A stretch of 61,301 nucleotides of DNA, filler included, from Dugesia japonica (Eukaryota): the NCBI GenBank assembly GCA_001938525.1. It is 5 parts of 5 records of this genome, joined end to end, with 100 filler letters (N's around TTAATTAATTAA, not from the genome) between each part and the next. Parts side by side here need not be neighbours in the genome. Positions count along the whole stretch, not along the records: positions 40,492 to 50,463 come from MQRL01596069.1; positions 50,564 to 61,301 come from MQRL01563434.1; 3 more parts are not named here. One strand, 5' to 3'. Shown in pieces: positions 49,755 through 61,301 of this stretch. Position numbers and translations under genes: made by a program. The notes below the pieces were generated by a model. That model made no database searches and was not told the origin of the DNA. It worked only from the letters and a program-made list of their open reading frames with translations. How positions within the stretch are numbered: the stretch's first letter is position 1; every line of letters begins with the position of its first letter.

Positions 49755-50234
49755 TTATGTGGCTTCGCTTCTGTTGCTATTTTTTAATATTAATTTATAA
49801 AGTGATAACATTTCAGATATTATAAGATCAAACTCAACATATTGCAGCTTGTATAAAAAATAAATACATAAGATTCCACATATTTCAGTGTTAAAATGTT
49901 GCACTTGAATTTTATTATAAATCTTGGTATGTGGTTCTATTTCATCTAAAGGTTTTAAACCAAAAGAATCAAAGTAATAACCTCTAGAGTAAGCAACCCA
50001 ATGTGTTCCTTTTTGATTTGAGTTTTGATAATTAAATATAATATTTCCATTTAATTCTTTAGGTGTCTTTCCGTAGGTCAGCGTAGCGCATTCATTTTTC
50101 ATATAAATCTCAAGATTTAGATCTAAAAAGTTAGCAATTGAATATAAATCAAAATTTGTTGTTGTGTTGATTCCAAATGTTTTTAAAAAATCTAATAGCG
50201 AGTAATTCAATCTCTTTTCTAATAAACTGTACAT
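49755..50234 (-). CDS. Adenain-like (C5) cysteine maturation protease
   Basis: GTHWVAY (His), YYFDSFG (Asp), VQHFNTEICGILC (Gln, Cys). Confidence 0.93.
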   Translation of the reverse strand: MYSLLEKRLNYSLLDFLKTFGINTTTNFDLYSIANFLDLNLEIYMKNECATLTYGKTPKELNGNIIFNYQNSNQKGTHWVAYSRGYYFDSFGLKPLDEIEPHTKIYNKIQVQHFNTEICGILCIYFLYKLQYVEFDLIISEMLSLYKLILKNSNRSEAT

Positions 50235-50325
50235 TTTCGTCTTTTTTCGCGCTCTTTCTTATAATCGATATTTCTGCACTTCGTTTTATTTTCGTCTTTT
50301 CGGCTCTATGTTTTTTTATAGATCT

Positions 50326-50463
50326 TTATAATCGATACTTTCGTAGATGAACTAAAATTGTAATTGTTTCTTGGTTAAAATCTATTATATTAAAATTTTC
50401 ATCCATGATATTAATCTCAAAACCATCAATATAATCAGTGTTAATTTTAGAATAAATAACTGG
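50326..50463 (-). CDS. Minor capsid (penton) protein, C-terminal 45 aa (truncated by contig end)
   Basis: PVIYSKINTDYIDGFEINIMDENFNIIDFNQETITILVHLRKYRL matches the Polinton penton C-terminal pattern Y......I..I.I.I.D.....I.F......I.LHLR. Not in the ORF track. Confidence 0.82.
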   Translation of the reverse strand, partial: PVIYSKINTDYIDGFEINIMDENFNIIDFNQETITILVHLRKYRL

Positions 50464-50563
50464 NNNNNNNNNNNNNNNNNNNNNNNNNNNNNNNNNNNNN
50501 NNNNNNNTTAATTAATTAANNNNNNNNNNNNNNNNNNNNNNNNNNNNNNNNNNNNNNNNNNNN
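50464..50563. other. Artificial contig-joining spacer
   Basis: 44 N + TTAATTAATTAA + 44 N. Confidence 0.97.
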
Positions 50564-51990
50564 AGTGTTGGAATTGAGTTATGAGTATGTTAAATTATTT
50601 AAAGTTTCAATAAATTAAAAAGCGCAGGTGAAAAAAAATTCATTTACTTGTTAGAAATCCAAAATTTCGACAATAGTTTTCGTCGTGGATTCACTTTTTA
50701 AATCAATAAATAATTTTAAAAATTTTCAGTTTAAATTATTCTTCAAAATTATTATAATAATCACTTTCATAATAGCATTGTTTATATATTTAGAAGCAAT
50801 TCGTTTATATGAGTATTTAATGTGAAATTGAATGCGGTTTTTGATTGAAGAAAAGTACATGTTTGCAGATGTGAATTCAAATAATTTTATATCAAAANNN
50901 NNNNNNNNNNNNNNNNNNNNNNNNNNNNNNNNNNNNNNNNNNNNNNNNNNNNNNNNNNNNNNNNNNNNNNNNNNNNNNNNNNNNNNNNNNNNNNNNNNNN
51001 NNNNNNNNNNNNNNNNNNNNNNNNNNNNNNNNNNNNNNNNNNNNNNNNNNNNNNNNNNNNNNNNNNNNNNNNNNNNNNNNNNNNNNNNNNNNNNNNNNNN
51101 NNNNNNNNNNNNNNNNNNNNNNNNNNNNNNNNNNNNNNNNNNNNNNNNNNNNNNNNNNNNNNNNNNNNNNNNNNNNNNNNNNNNNNNNNNNNNNNNNNNN
51201 NNNNNNNNNNNNNNNNNNNACAATTATTCTCGTAATAATTGCAATTGTAAAATAGTCTTATTCTTCAGTATTTCACCAATTCACATATATAATAAAAATA
51301 AAAGAAATTAAATATTTTGAACTATTGATTGATTGCGGGGTTAAATTTTTTTGGGATTTCAGCTTCGATTTTTAAATTTTAAAAATGAAATTATTTATAA
51401 TAACTTGTTAAAAAAATTGAATAAAAATGTATTACGGATTTTAAAATCCTTATAATAAACTATAATACTTTGTAAATAAAAGTATATGGCCATAATTTTA
51501 TTGCAATAATTTTTCAGAAATAAAATCAGGAATTTTTAAATTTGGTAGTTATAAAAATTTTTCTTAAAAATTGAAGTTGAATTTCAAATTATTTGTTACG
51601 TTTCATTTGTTTGAAATAGTAAATTTTATTCTTTCTCTTTTGTTTTATTAATAAATTTATGTATACTAAAAGCCTTTTAAATTCTATATTGAGGGTTTAA
51701 CTATTTTAAAAATTATCACTATTATGCATGTTAATTTATTATTTTTTTTATCATGATTTTCTTAAATATTTTCCTGGAGTTATTGTATTTTATTAGTCGA
51801 TTTTATTTAATTCTGTTTCTCGTTCGTTGTTTTGCTTTATTTTATTTTTCGTGTTCGAGTTCTGTACATCTTTCTTNAAATTATATTATTGTCAATCAAT
51901 CATGATGGGTTTTGTTTCATCAATTTTAGGTAACTAAATTTGTTTTATAAAATTTATGATTAAAATATATTGAAAAAAACATTATTTTAG

Positions 51991-52289
51991 TAGCATTACA
52001 TCACAAACGATTTCTGAAAAGGATTCTGGAATCAATAATGTTCACAAATCTAATATAACAACCGATCAAACCTATTTATTACCAGTTAAAGAAGTCGTTA
52101 TAACGTCTAAAAGTATTTATTAAAATTGAATTTAATAATTTATTTATACCTTAGATGATGAGAATGCTATTGATAAATTAGACAGTGGAATATCTTCTCC
52201 TGTTGGCAATTATTCAGACAATCTTAGTTCAGTTAAAAAAGAAAAATCTGGTTCCTTCAAAGAAAAATTTAACGAAAATATTCCAATCG
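51991..52289 (+). CDS. Two probable host exons of an unidentified gene
   Basis: Stop-free Ser-rich frames bounded by ttag/gt, with a ~42-nt intron (~52113-52154). Confidence 0.4.
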
Positions 52290-52752
52290 GTAGTTTATTT
52301 TTAGATTTTAAATTTTGTGCTCAAAATTTTTGACAAAAATGTTTTGAATTTTTTTTTATTAAAAGCAGATTTTATAAATTTCTTGTTCTTTGGAGATTTA
52401 TTTAGTTTATTGTTATAATTAATTAATTATAACTAAACTATATATAAATAATTTAATTTTCTTAAATAACTGTTGTGTATAGAAACACAGACCGATATCT
52501 GTGGGCGCCATAAACTCTCCGTAGATTTTTGGTGACCACCTCACTGTGTATTATTTTACTTTTATTTTGCCAGTTTTAAAAATATTTACGAAAGAGTTTT
52601 GTACTTAACATTTAATTTTTTAGCACTGAATTAAAATTTAAAATGATTTAGAATATTTTACAATACTGTTTTTCACCTATTTTTACTTAAATTGATGTTA
52701 CAGCCACTCACTCAAAAATAGCTTAATTTCTGAGTTAATTATTAATGCGATA

Positions 52753-53539
52753 CAGTTATTCNTCGTATAACAGGTATTCGTATAACGCGATTCCATATCC
52801 CTCGTATAATGCGATGCTTCCCTCACATAACGCGGGGATTTTCCACAAAGAAATTTCTGCACTATAACTTAACAGTTTATGCAATACGAATATATTTTTA
52901 CAATATGTATAATTAAAATACACGTATATCTTTGTTCATAACAAAATATTTCTTTAACACTAAACCTACCGTCATTTTATACATACCTACCATTTCTACC
53001 ATACATTTCTACCTAACATTTCTACCACAACGAGTCAAGTGATCGCGTTTAAAAAATTATATATTTTAAGAGAAGAAAATCCTTTAGTTCAATTTAGTAT
53101 ATGAATAAAATACTTTTCAAAATAACATTTTCAACTAGTTTTCATTTAAAATAAAAGCTTCGATTAAAAAAATTTGTTTTTGTATTTTGAGTTTGATTCG
53201 ATATTTTGACTTTGTCTTAGCCAGGAATTTACTTTTTTGTCAAAAAGTCAATTCATGACGAAGACAAAGTCGAAAAATTGAATCAAACTAAAAAAACAAA
53301 GAAAACAAATTTTGATCGAAGCTTTTATTTTAAATGAATTCTAAAAAACGATCAATTATTCTCGCAATAATTGCAATTGTAATTCAACTAGTTTATTTAT
53401 TAAATTAAAAAAAACATAAAAATCTCAAATTTGGAAATTAAATTAATTCTGTATAAACAGCGCGTTATATGGACATACTCTTATAGCGCGTTTTCCTATA
53501 ACGCGGTACGTATCTACCTCGTTATACGGCGGATCACTG
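52753..53539. mobile_element. Tigger/pogo-type MITE with nested fold-back repeat
   Basis: TA-flanked ends CAGTTATTCnTCGTATAAC / GTTATACGGCGGATCACTG; internal TATAACGCG repeats; inverted repeat ~53140-53340. Confidence 0.7.
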
Positions 53540-54213
53540 TATTTATTTGTGAGTTTATGCTGATTTTATGTATGATATATTTTGTACATTTTTTCATAAA
53601 TTCTCAAAATTTAATTTAATTTCGACAATTAGTTTCGTTTTTCGGTATAAACATTTTGAAACTTTTTTTCATTCACAATTTTCTCAGAAAATATTAGCTT
53701 TGTCATCTAACTTTGGTCGTATCAAGTGGGTTCCTTTGTTAGTTTATTGATTTCTTTTTTCTTTTTATTTTATAAATAGTTTTTTATATGGAAAATTATC
53801 AATTCGATAGATTTTCTTTAATAATCCTTAATTATATATTTCATCTAATCATAATTACTTTTCACTTGTTTATCGACTTATGAATTATCCGATATCGATG
53901 AAATATTGACTTAAAATTGAAAAATTAAATACAACCAAATTGTCTGTTATTAATAGCTTTGATANNNNNNNNNNNNNNNNNNNNTTTTTAGTCTTGTAAT
54001 ATTTCTCTCTGATATTATTTGGAATTTGGCATATTCACAGTATTAAAGAAATGATTTTCGTCAATTGTTTTCTTTGTCCAATTGGCTATTTAGAACTCAA
54101 AATTTTTTACATGTGTTAGATAATTGCACGATTTTAAAATTCTTAAATTAGTTTAAATAATTTTGATTATTTGTACAAATTTTTAAAGAATATTTTAATT
54201 GATTTATTTAAAT

Positions 54214-56795
54214 CAGTAGCGTAGCCAGGAATATATGAAAGGGGGGTTTAAATTTTTGTCAAAATTTTTGTTTTGGTTTACTACCATAAAACAACAAAGA
54301 CGCCAAGTATTAAATAATGACGTCATTAGCTGATTCTTTAAAGTACGGAGACAACGTATGGGACATCAGAAAAAATAAATAATTATAGTGTACTGAGAGT
54401 ACAGATTACAGGCAGGTGTCCCATCCCAGGTGTATTAAATAAATAAATTAATAAAATCCTAATAATAATAAAAAGGGAATAAAGTAGGAAAAACAATTTT
54501 TATATACAATTGTTTTGTTTTTTTATTATTTAAGTGGATGACCTTTTTTTAGGCACATAAAGTCGCATTAGACATTCTAACTATTCAAGGTTTTCAACTA
54601 TTCGAATAGAAAAATTTTAAAAATATTTGATTATTCAATTATTTGAATATTCGAATAATTTACTAAAACTTTAAAAAAGATTATCAGAAATAAATATTAT
54701 AATAATAAAATTATTAAAAAATGGTTTAATATTTTTATTGCTTTTGTTATAGAGGTATCTGCTAATGCGAACGTCAAAATTGATTATACTGATTTGTATG
54801 AGTTAGTGATTAATCAGTGATACGAAGGAAAGTTGTATCTGAAACGGGAAGTTTTAATAAAAGCTATAAAAGTAAATATTAAATAAAAGGAAGATCGCAC
54901 AAGACTATTAGTTATTTACATATTTTATTTATTACTTTTTGTTAGGTAAATCTTCAATTGGCAATTAATTTTCCAAATCAAAACTAATATTTTGAGACAT
55001 CANTTATTTTACTACTACAACTCTGCTATTTGGAAATAATTATAATTGAAAAGCTTTGATGGAAACTTATTACCGATTTAACTTACTTTCTATTTGCTAA
55101 AAATATTAAATAATAATTATTTACTTATATCCCCCTTCTTAAGAAACTTCTAAGTTTTTTCACATTTCTTTCTAATCGCTGTCCATTTTTTTCTTGTACT
55201 GAATACCGCCTTTCGTGAATTCTCTCAATTATTCGAAAAGGTCCTTCAAATCTGTATTGACTTTTATTTCCTTTTTCTATCTTGATGAGCACAAAATCGC
55301 GCACTTTGAATTCTCTATTTGTATTCCCATCTGAAGTGTTTTCTTTAGTTTTATCTAAAACATCTGACTCATACCATTTTTCTCTGCTAATTTTTTTTCC
55401 AAATACTATCTCAGCTGCGCTTTTTCCAGTCGTCTTTTACATCATTTTCAATTTTATCATCAACAAAATTTTCGATATCGTCCAAGTCCAAAGCTTCATT
55501 AGGAGTAGAATTTATTGGTATATAGAAACAGTTCATTACGGCCAAATGGAGTACATGATTATGGCAAAGCTGATTTAAAACATCTAATATTTTCCCGTAT
55601 TTTTTCATTACAGCTGCCGCGTCGTTAGTTGATGCAATAAAATCACTTTTCAAAGAAATACCAAACTTTGCCAACTTAGCTTGAAATGAATGTTTAATAG
55701 TTTCTTCATTTCCCTGCTTAATATTTCCGTTAAACCCAGTACATAGCATTCAAATTTCTTATTCCATTCCAAATACATGAACTGTTACGTTTACATAACG
55801 TAAGATGGTGCAATCTGTCCATTCATCCATAGTAATAGCAAATTTACGATTTGCTTTTTTAAATTTTTCAAATTTATTTCGCAGTTCAATACATTTTTCT
55901 TTATNNNNNNNNNNNNNNNNNNNNNNNNNNNNNNNNNNNNNNNNNNNNNNNNNNNNNNNNNNNNNNNNNNNNNNNNNNNNNNNNNNNNNNNNNNNNNNNN
56001 NNNNNNNNNNNNNNNNNNNNNNNNNNNNNNNNNNNNNNNNNNNNNNNNNNNNNNNNNNNNNNNNNNNNNNNNNNNNNNNNTACTTGTTTCAATTTTTGGC
56101 TTTTTCTGCGGAACATTATTTTCTTCATAATTTTCACTTGATACAGATTTAGATGTAAATATGTTGTGTGGTAACTTCAAATTATTAATCATAGGAGTGG
56201 TGGAAACTTCTACACCCTACGTTCGCGTTACAAGTACCACATGTGGCTTCACCAATTTTTTTTCTTTCTTAAAAAACTTCCACACCTCGGATTTTTTTGA
56301 CGTGGCTAAAAATCTAAATATCTAATTATGTAAGATAATCTAACAAACTTTAGTAAACCTTTCAAATATAAGAAATATTCAAAAATAATTAATGTAACAA
56401 TTGATTACGATTTATTTTAATCATTAAAATTTTTAATGACAATAACAATTACTTATTGCGACTGTTTTTCAAAAGCCAACTAAAATAATATCACACAAAA
56501 CACATTAAAAAAATTCAAAATGCGATTCTTTGGAACGTTTTTCAAAGCTTACTTTGATAATCAAAGTTTTTTGAATTTTTACAACTTATAATTTTGTATC
56601 NTTCAAAAATATTCTAATAATTTTTCCAAATATTCGAATATAAATTAGGCAATTAACACAAAAATATATTCGAATACCAAGTATTCCAATATTCAGTTTG
56701 GAATCTCTGAGTCGCATCAAAAATATTTTTTTTTCATACGCCAATGCGGGGGGGGGGTTTAACCTCCTAAACTCTCCCCCTTGGCTACGCCAATG
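54214..56795 (-). mobile_element. hAT transposon with decayed transposase and nested Gypsy fragment
   Basis: Ends CAGTAGCGTAGCCAGG / CTTGGCTACGCCAATG; BED-finger-like SEVWKFF...ATCGTC; DEWT; STNDAAAVMKK...LCHNHVLHLAV (CxxH). Confidence 0.85.
54940..55380 (-). mobile_element. Gypsy 3' LTR, PPT and pol tail, same family as 1005-4322
   Basis: Aligns with ~1005-1435. Confidence 0.85.
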
Positions 56796-56888
56796 GTTTT
56801 AATTTTCAATATTTTTTCAAGGTGTATTTTAAATAATAAATTTCTTTTAAGGAATATTAAAAATTTTATAATAATTTTTCTATAAGTA

Positions 56889-57065
56889 CAGTAGAATCTC
56901 TCTATATGGTACATTTTGTTTGCACACTCTGTACCATATGTAGATGTACCATAAAAAGTGATTATTTGTTTCCCAAAATCAACTTTGCTGTAAGTTTTCT
57001 GTTATTTTGTACTATATAGAGAAGTGTGCCATATATAGGGTGTATCATATACGGATATTCTATTA
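56889..57065. mobile_element. Small Tc1/pogo-type MITE
   Basis: TA-CAGTAGAATCTCTCTATATGGTACA with an imperfect inverted copy at the right end. Confidence 0.55.
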
Positions 57066-57603
57066 TTCTTGAAAATTATTATATTAATAAATTTTATGGA
57101 GAACTTTGATAATATCTCATTAACTATTAATATATAAATATGATTGTTTAATTTTTATTTAATTAAATTTTAGTTCAAGGCATATTTATATTATAATATA
57201 TTATAATATATTATGAAATGTATTATTATAGAAAAAATATTAATTTTATGTTTATATAAAGTCATTTATTGATGCAGTTCATGATATGCAATCTATGATT
57301 ATGTTCTAGATTTCTTATTTTTTAGACAATGGGTGTCAATGCAATCATTAGAAATCTCATTTTTCAAAAAAAATGCATAATTCCGAGAAATAATACGTTT
57401 TAAAATAATAATTGTGATCAATTTGTTTTTCAAGAAATTAATTTATTTTTTCATTTATTACTACTCTTTAAATTCATTATCAATCATTAAAATTTTTTAG
57501 ATTTGCCTTTTATTGAAAGGTTTAAATTTATTTACAAAAAAAATAAGATTTGATAAAAATATTAGAAAAATATCACCAAAGGAAACTTATTTATAACCAT
57601 TAG

Positions 57604-59600
57604 TGTTAGACTTGAAAATAGAGTTAAGCATAAAATATATTTATTCAACAAAGATAACACTGTGACAAATGAATTCATTTCACCATTTTCTAAGTTACTT
57701 TTTTTTACCATTTTTTAAGTTTTCTTGCAAATTATTACCATTTGTTTTAAGCTCAATTGCTAAGACTTTTGTTTTCTTTTTTCCATTTTTTCCATAAATT
57801 ATAATTTTTAAAATTTTGAAACGATTTAAAAAATAGATTAAATCACTAATGTTTTTATTTCCAACATTTCCTTGTCAATATAATTCAACATTTTTAATTT
57901 TATATTAAATTTAGATAAAAAATCAATTCCTGCAAAAACATTGGAAGAAATATTTTCTGCAACATAAAACTTAATAGATTCTGTTTGATTATTAAGTGCA
58001 ATTGTTAATATAATACTTCCTATTATTTTTACTTGGCTTTTATTAGCCGAATTAACATTTATATATTCACTTTTAATTTTATTAATATTTAATTTTAAAA
58101 ATAATGCANNNNNAGTCAGTCACATTAATCTAGTATCAAGTAAACAATCAACATTTAATTCGTTATTTAATTTTAACTTTAAACATGGTCTTTCTGACAT
58201 TTTATAATATACAATCTTATCTTCATAAGTATTAAATTTACATTATTTAAATTCTTATTTAAATCTGAAACAGCATTAGTAATTGAAAGGTTATCTATAA
58301 AATATTCATTTTTATATTCTAAAGTTTTGTTAAATAAATCATCAATCAACGAATATTTACATCCAATCCATCAAAATAAAGTATTCAACTTTTTTATAAT
58401 TTTTATTATTTACATCAAACAAACATTTGCAAGCTTTTGCCACATCCATTATTACAAAATAAATTATTATCTAACCTAAATTTATTGCTCCAACTGCATC
58501 CTCCCTCATCAGAGCTTTGACATTTCCAGAATTATCTTCTTGACCTACTCCATCACTGAGACAGGTATCATGGTCATCATCATCATAGGCATTCATTTGA
58601 AATCTTCGTATCTTGTTATACATTTACCTTCTTTCTTCTCTCATAGGATTAATTTCATAGCATTAAAATCTGGATTCTTACAATGTAACATTTAATATTA
58701 AGACATTGTGAGCGTATATGATCTTCTCTGCACGCCCAACATTTGCTCACTACTAAAGTCTGATCATTGGGTTCATAATTTCCTCTCATAAAATTTCCGA
58801 TATTTTTTCGATATATTTTGGAATCCATTTTCTGCTCATAATTTTTACTTCGATTTAAATTTCCATAGAATCTTTGTTTATTAAATTTATTATTTGAATT
58901 TGGGATTTTACGTGCTACTGTTGCATGTAATTCTTTTTTCAACACTGATATTCCATATTTTGGTTTTATTTTCTTTTTTAATCCATCAATTTTAATAACT
59001 TCTTTTCAACATCTTCTGTACCGCTTTTTAATTTACTGTTTAACTTCTTTATCATCCATTGAATTTTGTAAAAGGAATTTGACCAGTTTTTCCTTTGTTA
59101 ACTGGTGACGCAGAAAATTATCTGTTAATTTCTCAACTTTTTACAAAATTGAAAATGAAGATTCATTAAGTCTTAGATATTTCAAGGCATTAATTAGATC
59201 TTTACCAAGATCTGCAGGCTCTAAAATGCTTCTTTTCATCTTGTTTCAAAATCTTCAATTTTTGAATGTACTGCTTCATTTAATTTGACTGCATCTGTTG
59301 TCATTAACTGATTCGAAGTCAGGGAAATTTCAAAAAACCTGTTTCTTCTTTAATAAATTCTTCAATATTTCTTTCTATAGTGAAAATATTAGGCATTGGA
59401 ATCCATGAGTTCAGGATTGACGTGGTAGCCATGTTAGACTTGAAACTAGATTTAAGTGTAAAATATATTTATTCAACAAAAATTACACTTCAAATTATAT
59501 ACACATTCAATCACGAATTCACCTATTATCAAATACAAATGTCAATTTACTCTTTAAAAGGTCATTATAGAAATAGTATACAATTCTTAGTCATATCTCA
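57604..59600 (-). mobile_element. Second Gypsy family remnant (gag-protease between LTR-like repeats)
   Basis: Direct repeat TGTTAGACTTGAAA...TATTCAACAAA at 57604 and 59432; knuckle CWACREDHIRSQC; protease-like CLLDT. Confidence 0.7.
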
Positions 59601-60149
59601 CAATTGAAATGCAATTTTCAGAGTAACTAGAATTTTATAGAAATATTAATTAATCGATTATTTAATTTAGCAAAATATAATTTTTTTAGTAAATAAACAA
59701 AAACTGAAAATATTTGAAAAATAATCAGAAACATTGCATAGAATAAATTATGAAATTGAGATTTAAAAATCAAGTATATCTAAAAGATTGGAAACTTTGA
59801 AGAATTCAATGAAAATTATGAATTTAAAATCAAATCACAAAAGACAAAAATATTAGGAGTTTACAGATTAATAATTGAAGAGATTTGTAAAATTCCAGAA
59901 TAAATTATTTATTCAAAACAAATATTTCATGTGTCGACATTAAAAATAAAGATATCAGTTAATCTACGTCAGTGGTTTTCAATCGGTTTGTCNTAATACT
60001 TTGATATAAAAGGATAAATTTAATTAAGAAATACATGATTTATTAATTTTACTTAAAAATCACGTACAAAAACAGCCATATTAAAGCTTTTTTGTATGTT
60101 ATTGTTTTAATATTTATTTATTATACCTCTAATTATAGATATGCATGGC

Positions 60150-61030
60150 TGCATGGATTTATGATAACTATGCTCTGTCTTAAACATGCCGCCGAGAATA
60201 GTTTCGGTTATTCAAAATGGGTGACTTTGCTTTGCAGGATAAACAACGTCCAGGTCAACCAGAGCGCTTTTCAGATGAAGATTTGGAAAAGGTGTTGATC
60301 AAAGATCGATCCGAAACAATTGAAACAATGCCAGAAATCAATAATGTAAATAAATCTACCATAAGCCATGTGATACAAACAGAAAGTCGGTAAATGGTTT
60401 CCTCATCAATTGAAAGAAGCAGATATTGCAAAACGATTAGATATTTGTCAGACGCTGCTCAGCAGACAAAGGACAAAATCCTTTTTATATTGCATTGTTA
60501 CTTGTGATGAAAAATGGATTTCTTATGAAAATCCTAAACTAAGAACATCATGGGTGAATCCTGGTAAATCCGGAANNNNNNNNNNNNNNNNNNNNNNNNN
60601 NNNNNNNNNNNNNNNNNNNNNNNNNNNNNNNNNNNNNNNNNNNNNNNNNNNNNNNNNNNNNNNNNNNNNNNNNNNNNNNNNNNATGGTCGCCGTTATCAA
60701 TAACAATTAATAAAATTGAGGTAAGGATTGCACGAAAAACAGCCAGACTATTCCAATAGACATGAGATGATGTTGTTACAGCATGGTAATTCTCGATCCC
60801 ACACTTTGATTTTAGTGAGGAATACAATAGCAGATAGGAAGTGTTCCCTCACCCGCCATACTCACCAGACATCGCATCAATTGATTACCATTTTTTTCGC
60901 TCAATGCAACATGGCCTTTGTGAACGCTACTTTGAATGAAATATTATTTAAAAATTAATGTATTTGGAGTTTTTATTTACATTTCATCTTATTATTAAAA
61001 AACAGCGAAAATTAATGCAACTACCTAATA
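60150..61030 (+). pseudogene. mariner (Tc1/mariner) transposase remnant with 3' TIR
   Basis: W(F)PHQL, IVTCDEKW, HGNSRSH (HDNARPH), HPPYSPDIASIDYHFFRSMQ; mariner-type end ...CAACTACCTAATA. Confidence 0.92.
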
Positions 61031-61301
61031 TTTAGATAATGTTGGCAAATTAAACATTTCAAAAAGACGAACTAATGAAAATAGGGAGGTTATTAAGTAC
61101 TATTAATTGTTTTCAATTATTTCGAAATTAGTGTTATTTTTTTATTTGGTTTATTCGAATGAATCTTGCAATAAATTTTGGTCTTTAATTTTTGCATCGT
61201 TTAGTAAATTCTATTATATATATATACATTGTTGCTTATCAAATATAATATTTCAAATTACGAATATCACTATAGTATTTTCCCAATTTACTAGGTTGAT
61301 C

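Larger units (their letters stand above)
40492..50463. mobile_element. Polinton/Maverick (adintovirus-like endogenous dsDNA virus), partial contig
   Basis: Gene-dense, intronless block with integrase, packaging ATPase, adenain, major and minor capsid, arranged in two convergent gene blocks. Confidence 0.95.

Overview
This is AT-rich eukaryotic (animal-type) draft genome sequence, not a prokaryotic window. It consists of five contigs joined by identical artificial 100-nt spacers (44 N + TTAATTAATTAA + 44 N): 1-9242, 9343-31543, 31644-40391, 40492-50463 and 50564-61301. Adjacency across these joins means nothing. Most of the window is decayed transposable elements (Gypsy LTR, Penelope, hAT, mariner, MITEs) plus a few host exons with ~45-51-nt introns (a secreted CUB-like gene and an SRCR-like exon). 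The main signal is Polinton/Maverick (adintovirus-like) viral DNA in three contigs. (i) 40492-50463 holds an apparently intact virion module: major capsid, a zinc finger + parvovirus-type PLA2 + DDE integrase fusion, A32-like packaging ATPase, a 2-TM protein, a ~770-aa fibre-like protein with three tandem domains, adenain protease and the penton C-terminus. (ii) 31644-34230 holds a decayed, apparently spliced protein-primed PolB next to a 31-bp phased repeat array. (iii) 25400-31543 holds a divergent TBP-like pseudogene head-to-head with a second packaging-ATPase remnant. These are followed by a GC-rich array of about eight small paralogous orphan genes, each starting at a 3' splice site; in four of them the ATG exists only after splicing (A|TG). 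Family assignments come from motifs I recognised by eye; no database search was run.
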